A stretch of 64,000 nucleotides of DNA from Parcubacteria group bacterium GW2011_GWC1_36_108. GTDB lineage: Bacteria; Patescibacteriota; Minisyncoccia; Moranbacterales; GWC2-37-73. Below, one piece after another: positions 57,330 through 64,000 of the stretch; the first letter of the stretch is position 1, and each line of letters starts with the position of its first letter. The translations under genes and the position numbers were made by a program. The notes below the pieces were generated by a model. The model had not been told where the DNA came from. It saw nothing but the letters and a program-made list of their open reading frames with translations, and made no database searches. Location: positions 39,340 through 103,339 of the forward strand of contig LBRD01000006.1 of the NCBI GenBank assembly GCA_000991245.1. The letters are read 5' to 3'.

Positions 57330-57548
57330 TCAACCAATATCAACCATTTTTATCTTGGTAGTTTTTCCTCCGACAATATTTATCATGCTTTTGGAAACTT
57401 TAAAATGTTGTGACAACAATTTTATCAGAGCCTCATTGGCTTTGCCGTCGACTGGCGGAGCTGTAAGCTTCACTTTATATTCGCCCTCAGAAACTTTGAT
57501 GATTTCATTTTTGGAAGATTTGGGGGAAACTTTTATATATATTCTCAT
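57330..57548 (-). CDS. yggU: YggU/DUF167 family protein
   Basis: KVSPKSSKNEI...LTAPPVDGKANEALIKLL. Confidence 0.7.
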   Translation of the reverse strand: MRIYIKVSPKSSKNEIIKVSEGEYKVKLTAPPVDGKANEALIKLLSQHFKVSKSMINIVGGKTTKIKMVDIG

Positions 57549-58480
57549 CGTACTATATCTCCATTATTAATACTTTCAACATTTCTTCTGGCAATATTTT
57601 GTTTAATGCGAATAAACATATTAACAAGCATCAAGATAATCAAAAATATGTTTGCATAAACAAATATATTTCGTATGATTTCATTTTTCATATCAGTACC
57701 CAAAAAATAAGCGTGGACAATAACTCCGACGTATAAAATAATATTTAAGAAATGCACAGCTCGCCATAATTTAAATGAAAGGTGTTTGCGAGCATACGAT
57801 GTGACAACTAAAATTAGCATCAAATAAAATCCGATGATTCCCATCGCTACAAGTGCTGGCTCGTAAGTTGAAGCAAGCGGCACCAAAACATCAATCAGGT
57901 TGAATCCCATAAACTTGTCAAAAATCAAAACCGTGCCATGAACAAGCGCAAACAAAGTTGCTTGCAGTGCAATCCAACCATGCGCGTTCAGCGCATATAC
58001 AGGTGCAAAAACTTTTCGCAAAAATGGAACTCTTATTGTTAACGCTAAAAATATAGAAATATACAAAAGAGTAAAACCAAGCAAGCCACTAGCGCGAGAA
58101 ACGTACCAAGCCCAAGGAGTTTCATTTTGAGATTGGTTTATATCATCTTGAGTCACTGCCGGCTTTCCTGGGATTGAAATAGCGTCTAACGGATCACTTT
58201 TAGCCAAGATTTCCGTGCCATCATAATATCCATCATTATCACTGTCCGGGTTTTTAGGATCAGTTTTGTATATCTGATCTTCAGCCTGATCAGTGAGTCC
58301 ATCCAAATCCAAATCAACTATTGGCTGCCCTTGATAATCAATTTGCTGTTGCCCTGTTTCAACTTGCTGAGCATTTGCATACCAAAAAGAAAACAACCCA
58401 AAAAACACAACGGTCAAGAGCATTTTTCTCCCGTCAAAAGTATTTCTTTTTTGCTGCAATGTTTTTTCAGCTTTTTTCAT
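57545..58480 (-). CDS. Membrane protein with N-terminal Asp-rich (thrombospondin-type-3-like) repeats and a C-terminal multi-helix domain with conserved His residues
   Basis: DLDLDGLTDQAEDQ...DSDNDGYYDG. Helices containing AHGWIALQATLFALVHG. Confidence 0.35.
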   Translation of the reverse strand: MKKAEKTLQQKRNTFDGRKMLLTVVFFGLFSFWYANAQQVETGQQQIDYQGQPIVDLDLDGLTDQAEDQIYKTDPKNPDSDNDGYYDGTEILAKSDPLDAISIPGKPAVTQDDINQSQNETPWAWYVSRASGLLGFTLLYISIFLALTIRVPFLRKVFAPVYALNAHGWIALQATLFALVHGTVLIFDKFMGFNLIDVLVPLASTYEPALVAMGIIGFYLMLILVVTSYARKHLSFKLWRAVHFLNIILYVGVIVHAYFLGTDMKNEIIRNIFVYANIFLIILMLVNMFIRIKQNIARRNVESINNGDIVR

Positions 58481-58512
58481 TTTTTCAATATTATATTAAA
58501 TTAACTGGATGT

Positions 58513-58539
58513 GTCATTCCCGTGAAAACGGGAATCCAG
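58513..58539. repeat. Hairpin repeat GTCATTCCCGTGAAAACGGGAATCCAG
   Basis: Reverse-complement copy at 21476-21502. Variant at 21389-21419. Confidence 0.8.
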
Positions 58540-58615
58540 GGCTGGGCATCGCTCTGGATCCCCAGTCCCTCCAGAGGCGGGCACGGCAAGCTGAGGATGA
58601 CAACACAAAAAAATA

Positions 58616-59560
58616 TTACAAATTATGCAAATATTTTTTAGCTTCAGGAGAAATCCAGGCGCTGCCGCGACAATCCAAAAAGACTGCTGCTACATTATTT
58701 TCTCTTGCATATATTATACCATTTTTCTTTCCCATTAAAAACAGGCTCTTTGCCCACACGTCAGCCTCGGTGGTTGAATCCGCAATAACAGAAAACGATT
58801 TTATATCAAATAAAAACTGATTTGCATTCTTTGGGTTGATAATGTGATGCATCATCTTGCCATCAATCTCCCACCTTCTTTTTCCTATACCAGATGTTGC
58901 AATTGCCATATTTGAAAGTGCAAACATTATTTTTTCAGCAGAAATACCTTCAACATCAACTGTCCACAATTTTCCATCCTCATCGTTTCCTCGCATAAAA
59001 ATATCCCCGCCGGAATCAATCAGAAAATTTTCCCATCCTTTGCTATCAAAGAAATTAACGACTTTGTCAGTAACATATCCCTTAACAATTCCTGAAAAAT
59101 CCATTTTTACTCCAAAAAAAACTTTGTCGTCTTTTATTTTTAAATCTTCATTTAACTTCTTATTTGAAAGCAGTGTTTGGTTTTGAATATTTTTTCCCAA
59201 TTTACGTGTTCCCATTTCAAAATCATCAGCATAACCAATATTCTCAAGCACGCCTAATATTCTTGGATCAAACAACCCCTCGGTTTTTTTGTTATATTCT
59301 AAGGAGAGCGAAGCAACTTCTCTCATAACATCAGAAGCAAAATTCCAATCTCCAACAGCCAGATTTAACTTTGATAATTCACTTTCAAAAATGAAGCGAC
59401 TGAACGTATTTGTGAAATCAACATACATTTCTTTTGCTTGCGCAATGTTTTCAATGGCATTTTTTTGCTGCACTTCATCAAGCGCAACTACCTGAAAAAC
59501 AATATCCGTCCCAAGTGCACGAAATTGTTCTCGAATGATGCAAGGAAATTTCATATCCAT
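58616..59560 (-). CDS. apbE: ApbE-family FAD:protein FMN transferase
   Basis: ALGTDIV, IVKGYVTDK, FLIDSGGDIFMRG, AIATSG. Confidence 0.7.
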   Translation of the reverse strand: MDMKFPCIIREQFRALGTDIVFQVVALDEVQQKNAIENIAQAKEMYVDFTNTFSRFIFESELSKLNLAVGDWNFASDVMREVASLSLEYNKKTEGLFDPRILGVLENIGYADDFEMGTRKLGKNIQNQTLLSNKKLNEDLKIKDDKVFFGVKMDFSGIVKGYVTDKVVNFFDSKGWENFLIDSGGDIFMRGNDEDGKLWTVDVEGISAEKIMFALSNMAIATSGIGKRRWEIDGKMMHHIINPKNANQFLFDIKSFSVIADSTTEADVWAKSLFLMGKKNGIIYARENNVAAVFLDCRGSAWISPEAKKYLHNL

Positions 59561-59563
59561 TTT

Positions 59564-59926
59564 TTAATTTTCAAATGTATCAACGATTCCGTTTAGATCA
59601 TCGTCTTTTACGATATATATTTCTGCGATGTCCGGATGTTTGTCCTCATCATCAGGAATACCGTCGCGATCACGATCTGAAAGTGAAATTGTTTGCAGCT
59701 GATTTTCTGTAACTATTTTTGCAGGCTCAACAACAATCGTTTCTTCGACCGTTACAGTTTTTTCCGATGATGAAGAAGGTTCAACTTTGACATCTTCATT
59801 TTCATCATCATCTTCTTCGTATTCTTCCTCATCATCATCGGCATTTGCAAAATGAAAAACACTTAAGCCTCCGCCAAAAACCAAAGAAAAAACCATAAAC
59901 AGAACTGCAAATTTTTTCTTGAACAT
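59564..59926 (-). CDS. Secreted acidic protein (signal peptide plus an Asp/Glu-rich segment)
   Basis: MFKKKFAVLFMVFSLVFGG, then DDDEEEYEEDDDENED. Confidence 0.4.
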   Translation of the reverse strand: MFKKKFAVLFMVFSLVFGGGLSVFHFANADDDEEEYEEDDDENEDVKVEPSSSSEKTVTVEETIVVEPAKIVTENQLQTISLSDRDRDGIPDDEDKHPDIAEIYIVKDDDLNGIVDTFEN

Positions 59927-59955
59927 AATTTATATGTTTTTAAATATTTTAAACT

Positions 59956-60357
59956 TTATGATTTTTTTGTGGTTGTTTTTGAGGAAGTTGAGCTTGATGC
60001 TGGTTTTGTCACTGTCACTGTTTTTGTTACTGCTGGAATAGTTTTTGTTACCGACACGCCAACTTGCCGCTCCACCGTGCCCGGATTGTTAGCAACGCTA
60101 TTAACTTTTGTCGCCTTATCCGTCAAGATACGCTGCTGAGCATCAAGAGCATAATCAGTTGCTGATTTATAATTTTGCAAGTCAGCCTCAGCAATCACAC
60201 TTTTTGCTTCTTCAACATTTTTTTGACGCATAAAAAGAACAGCCGAAAACACAAGCACGGCATTCATAACAAAAAACATTAATTTCCCGCCATGTTTTTT
60301 TAATTTTTCTAATAACATTGTTTTATTTTTTATTGTTAAACAATTAATCACACACAA
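59956..60357 (-). CDS. Membrane-anchored Thr/Ser-rich protein (hypothetical). Start uncertain.
   Basis: One hydrophobic helix, then VTKTIPAVTKTVTVTKPASSSTSSKTTTKKS. Confidence 0.3.
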   Translation of the reverse strand: MCVINCLTIKNKTMLLEKLKKHGGKLMFFVMNAVLVFSAVLFMRQKNVEEAKSVIAEADLQNYKSATDYALDAQQRILTDKATKVNSVANNPGTVERQVGVSVTKTIPAVTKTVTVTKPASSSTSSKTTTKKS

Positions 60358-60564
60358 TTTATGACTTTAAACACTGAGTTCAGCGCTTAATTTTTGTTTG
60401 CCTATTTCCTTTTTGAGCACGTTCTTGACCCAAGACTATGGTCAAGAACTCAAAGAATTGCTGTCGCAATAATTGGCCAACCGCCTATTTGATATTACGC
60501 CTTGTGAGTATATTTTATTCATTTTTTTGATATATTCAAAAAAATGCCCGCGCAAGAGCATTTT

Positions 60565-61263
60565 TTAGTTATTTTCGCGTATTCCACAAATATCAAAATT
60601 GTTCTCAATGCTTTTCTTTATTTTTTCCAAATCAAGTGTTTTTCCGCTTGTTATTTTTTTCATATTTGGGTTAATGGTTCGCATTTCACGATATTCTTGC
60701 AAATAATATGCCTTTGCACCCTTGATCCATTTGGCAATTTTTAAAAAATCATCTTCACTATGAATCCCTGGAACAACCGTGGTGCGAAACTCATATGGAA
60801 CACCACTTTGCATAATCATAATCACACTCATTTTTATTCTTGCAATATCGGTAGTGAGTCCTGTTGCTATGCTGTACTTTTTAGGCGAATGTTTTATGTC
60901 CATCGCAATAAAATCAACGAGCTTTTCTTTTATAATTCTTCTCAAAACATCTGGGCGTGTTCCATTGGAATCAAGTTTTACCTTATATCCCATCGCTTTT
61001 ATTTTTTTGATAAACTCAATAATATCCGGTTGTATTGTTGGTTCTCCACCAGTAATGCAAACTCCCTCAAGTCTACCCTTACGTTTTTCCAAATGCTGAA
61101 AAAATTCTTCTTCCAATTTATTCAAAGCTGGAAACTGAGACCTGATTACCAGCTCTGGATTATGACAAAAGGGACAACGAAAACTGCAACCAACAGTAAA
61201 AACCGTTGTTGCAATTGTCCCCGGAAAATCTATTAAAGTTAGTTTTTGAAACCCACCGATGCG
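60565..61263 (-). CDS. nrdG: Anaerobic ribonucleotide reductase activating protein (radical SAM)
   Basis: GCSFRCPFCHN (CxxxCxxC). Start trimmed to MRIGGF. Confidence 0.8.
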   Translation of the reverse strand, partial: RIGGFQKLTLIDFPGTIATTVFTVGCSFRCPFCHNPELVIRSQFPALNKLEEEFFQHLEKRKGRLEGVCITGGEPTIQPDIIEFIKKIKAMGYKVKLDSNGTRPDVLRRIIKEKLVDFIAMDIKHSPKKYSIATGLTTDIARIKMSVIMIMQSGVPYEFRTTVVPGIHSEDDFLKIAKWIKGAKAYYLQEYREMRTINPNMKKITSGKTLDLEKIKKSIENNFDICGIRENN

Positions 61264-61349
61264 CATATTTGTTTTTTTCTTTATCAAAAAGGAAATTTGA
61301 GGCAATTGCAAGCTGTGCGCAATTGCCTCATCATCATCCTTGCGAATTC

Positions 61350-61616
61350 TTAGCAAGAAGCGCAAGCTCCGTCGGTTACAACATATTCATTGCGATCTGC
61401 AAATTCTGCTTGTTTGCCCTTGTTCCATTGTGTCACTGGACGAATGTATCCAACAACACGAGAATAAACTTCTGTTTGTTGAAAATTCTTAAGAACAGGA
61501 TCTTTTTGATGACAAGCTTTGCATTTAGTGTAAACTTCACTACCAACTTTGTACGGCATATATTCCTCATTGTTTTCGATTGATTTGCCACAATCATGGC
61601 ATGTGTATTTTTCCAT
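61350..61616 (-). CDS. Stand-alone Zn-ribbon plus glycyl-radical domain protein, paralogous to the NrdD C-terminus
   Basis: CHDCGK...CKAC, then TEVYSRVVGYIRPVTQWNKGKQAEFADRNEY. This nearly matches the NrdD C-terminus TEVYSRVVGYIRPVEQWNKGKQAEFGDRKEY. Confidence 0.6.
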   Translation of the reverse strand: MEKYTCHDCGKSIENNEEYMPYKVGSEVYTKCKACHQKDPVLKNFQQTEVYSRVVGYIRPVTQWNKGKQAEFADRNEYVVTDGACASC

Positions 61617-61627
61617 ATTTTTTCTTG

Positions 61628-61723
61628 CCCCGTTAAATTGCGGTAATCCGCAATATTTAACTGGGGTTTTTTATTTTAATTTTTAGACCCCAGTGAAATA
61701 GTTGCTTCGCAAATTTCACGGGG
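61628..61723. other. Two tandem copies (opposite polarity) of the CCCCNGTNAAAT...ATTTNACNGGGG structured element in the leader of the small nrd ORF
   Basis: 61628-61666 and 61688-61723. Related to 19541-19609 and 36682-36753. Confidence 0.7.
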
Positions 61724-61753
61724 TAAATATTTAATCATCTCAATCAAGAACGT

Positions 61754-61945
61754 CTTCTTGATTAAAATGCTGTTTTAATAACAAGGAGTGAAAATACTTT
61801 TTATTTTTTCACTTGCACCCTCCGGGTATATATTGTCTGGACAAAATCAAAGATTTTGAAAGCCAATTAAAACAAGTCTCATTGGTGTTATGTCAAAGGT
61901 TGCAATTGTTTTTCTGTGACAAAAATAAAAATGTATTCTCACGAC
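61754..61945. repeat. Partial R1 tail plus R2 hairpin module with a nested insertion, downstream of nrdD
   Basis: GAGTGAAAATACTTTTTATTTTTTCACTTGC...AAAACAAGTCTCATTGGTGTTATGTCAAAGGTTGCAATTGTTTTTCTGTGACAAAAATAAAAATGTATTCTCACGA. Confidence 0.75.
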
Positions 61946-61953
61946 GCTAATCA

Positions 61954-64000
61954 TTATTTCTTCTTCCCCACTTTTTCAAGCTTCTTGGCGGGAACTGTGC
62001 CGCAATTTCCATTTGTATACTCTTTACGATCACCAAATTCTGCTTGCTTACCTTTGTTCCATTGCTCCACAGGACGGATATATCCTACTACGCGTGAATA
62101 CACTTCTGTTTTCTGCTCAATCACACATTTTGGACAAATAGGTTGTTCCCCTGGAATGTATCCATGCACAGGACAAATGCTAAAGGTTGGCGTAAGCGTG
62201 AAATATGGAAGTGCATAATTTTCAGCAATTTTTCTTACCAAATTTTTTACCATTTCAATGTCCCAAATACGTTCGCCCAAGAAGCCATGCAAAACTGTTC
62301 CACCTGTATATTTTGTTTGCAATTTTTCTTGCAAATCAAGAGCCTCGAACAAATCTTCAGTGAATTGCACTGGCAATTGAGATGAGTTTGTATAATACGG
62401 CTCAGCTCCATTTGTTCGAACAGCCAAATCATTGGCAAAAATAATATCTGGGTATTTCTCACGATCCTTTCTTGCCAAGCGATATGAGGTTCCTTCTGCA
62501 GGAGTAGCTTCCAAGTTATACATACTGCCAGTTTCTTCTTGGAATTTGAGCATTTTTTCTCTCATATGTGACAAGATTTCTTCTGCCAAAGCTTGTCCTT
62601 CTTTGGTGGTAATATCTTTGCCAATCAAATTAACCAAAGCTTCATTCAATCCAACCAAGCCAATGGTTGAAAAATGATTTGACCAATAAGCTCCTTGTCG
62701 CATCTTGATCGCATCTAAATAAAATTTTGTGTATGGATACAATCCTTTTTCAGTTAAACTTTCAACAAGTTTACGTTTAGTTTCCAAACTTTCTTTTGCA
62801 ATGTCCATCAAGGAATCAAGTTGTTTGAAAAATTCTTTTTTGTTTTTAGCAACATAACCAATTCGCGGCATATTAATCGTCACCACTCCAACACTACCAG
62901 TAAGTGGATTTGCTCCAAACAATCCTCCTCCACGCTTACGCAATTCGCGGTTATCAAGACGAAGTCGACAACACATTGAACGAGCATCGTCAGGATCCAT
63001 ATCTGAATTTACGAAGTTTGCAAAATATGGAATACCATATTTGGCTGTCATTTCCCAAACTGCATCAAAACGTTTGTCGCTCCAGTCGAAATTCTTAGAA
63101 ATATTGTAAGTTGGAATTGGGAAAGTGAAAATTCTTCCACTTGCATCTCCTTCAGTCATAACCTCAGCAAAAGCACGGTTGATGATGTTCATTTCCTCTT
63201 GAAATTCTCCATATGTTTCTTTTTGCGGTACACCTCCGGCAATCACAGCTTCTTTTGCCAGCGCAGTTGGAGCTGTCATATCCATTGTGATGTTAGAAAA
63301 TGGAGTTTGAAATCCAACACGAGTAGAAACATTCATATTGAAAACGAAAGACTGAATTTCTTGTTTTACTTGTGCATAAGTCAATTTATCATAGCGTACA
63401 AACGGAGCAAGCAAGGTGTCAAAATTTGAAAATGCTTGCGCTCCAGCAACTTCTCCTTGAAGAGTATAAATAAAATTAACCATTTGTCCCAAAATTGAAC
63501 CGAGATGTTTGGCAGGCTTGCAAGCAACTTTCCCCGGAACGCCAGTGAAACCTCTTCGAAGCAAATCTTGCAAATCCCAACCGCAACAATATGCTGCCAC
63601 CAATTGCAAATCATGAATGTGAAAATCTCCACTTTCATTAGCTTCGCGAATTTCTTTGGAATAAACACGATTCATCCAATATTTACTACTAACAATTGAA
63701 GCGATGTAATTATTAAGACCTTGCAAAGAATATGCCATATTAGCATTTTCCTTCACTTGCCAATCAATTTCTTGAATATATTTATCCACCAAACTTACCG
63801 CCTCATCCAATGAATGTTCCGTTTCACGAATTTTTCTGTGTTGTTCGCGATAAAGAATATATGACTTGGCAGTTTCATCAAAATCCAAAATCATCAGCAC
63901 GCGCTCAACCAAATCTTGCAATTGTTCGATGGCTGGAATTTCACCTTTTTTGAAATTTTTATTAAGCAACTGCACAACCTTATCTGCAACTCTTTTTGCG
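61954..64000 (-). CDS. nrdD: Anaerobic ribonucleoside-triphosphate reductase (class III). The N-terminus continues beyond the window end.
   Basis: C-terminal CPVHGY...CPKC zinc site and the glycyl-radical motif RVVGY. The first in-window residues (LQDLVERVLMILDFDETAKSYILYREQHRK) look like the end of an ATP cone, so the true start is upstream of 64000. Confidence 0.85.
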   Translation of the reverse strand, partial: AKRVADKVVQLLNKNFKKGEIPAIEQLQDLVERVLMILDFDETAKSYILYREQHRKIRETEHSLDEAVSLVDKYIQEIDWQVKENANMAYSLQGLNNYIASIVSSKYWMNRVYSKEIREANESGDFHIHDLQLVAAYCCGWDLQDLLRRGFTGVPGKVACKPAKHLGSILGQMVNFIYTLQGEVAGAQAFSNFDTLLAPFVRYDKLTYAQVKQEIQSFVFNMNVSTRVGFQTPFSNITMDMTAPTALAKEAVIAGGVPQKETYGEFQEEMNIINRAFAEVMTEGDASGRIFTFPIPTYNISKNFDWSDKRFDAVWEMTAKYGIPYFANFVNSDMDPDDARSMCCRLRLDNRELRKRGGGLFGANPLTGSVGVVTINMPRIGYVAKNKKEFFKQLDSLMDIAKESLETKRKLVESLTEKGLYPYTKFYLDAIKMRQGAYWSNHFSTIGLVGLNEALVNLIGKDITTKEGQALAEEILSHMREKMLKFQEETGSMYNLEATPAEGTSYRLARKDREKYPDIIFANDLAVRTNGAEPYYTNSSQLPVQFTEDLFEALDLQEKLQTKYTGGTVLHGFLGERIWDIEMVKNLVRKIAENYALPYFTLTPTFSICPVHGYIPGEQPICPKCVIEQKTEVYSRVVGYIRPVEQWNKGKQAEFGDRKEYTNGNCGTVPAKKLEKVGKKK

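Overview
This 64-kb window is AT-rich (roughly one-third GC by eye) and compact, and nearly all of it is coded on the minus strand. It looks like a segment of a small-genome anaerobic bacterium, plausibly Candidate Phyla Radiation (Patescibacteria). The evidence is a ribosomal-protein cluster with no L30 gene between rpsE and rplO, a zinc-binding S14, class III ribonucleotide reductase genes (nrdD and nrdG), glycolysis genes (gap, fba, tpiA) and a cytoplasmic-type [NiFe] hydrogenase. Running 3' to 5' along the plus coordinates, the window holds a partial Nudix hydrolase, an ABC exporter and a two-methyltransferase restriction-modification cassette. Then come HU, a short SMC, a 1.5-kb non-coding gap with a GC-rich hairpin-rich core, gap, a [NiFe] hydrogenase module with hypC, fba, tpiA, a galT-like gene, a GT2 glycosyltransferase and ruvX. 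Next is map-adk-secY followed by the ribosomal protein genes rplO through rpsJ, then tuf, and a roughly 6.5-kb accessory island that separates tuf from fusA-rpsG-rpsL. That island carries a RhuM-like Fic protein, an AbrB-fold small protein, a RAYT/IS200-like HuH transposase with REP-like palindromes, small GC-rich cassette genes and a repeated 16-bp near-palindrome. After it come an M50 protease, rpmB, a 619-aa helical protein, a PolB-exo-like exonuclease bracketed by inverted hairpin repeats, a DUF45 metallohydrolase, a transglutaminase-like membrane protein, ndk, a split comEC, yggU, apbE, nrdG, a stand-alone nrdD C-terminal glycyl-radical domain paralog, and nrdD, which runs off the window edge. 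I found no rRNA or tRNA genes and no CRISPR array. Several families of non-coding repeats are recorded under findings: tandem-heptamer inverted arrays in most intergenic gaps, a covarying structured element in 5' leaders, and nested hairpin repeats. Many six-frame ORF N-termini are artefactual translations of these intergenic repeats, and I have trimmed them to plausible starts. All calls rest on motif recognition by eye in the translations and DNA, and no database searches were run.
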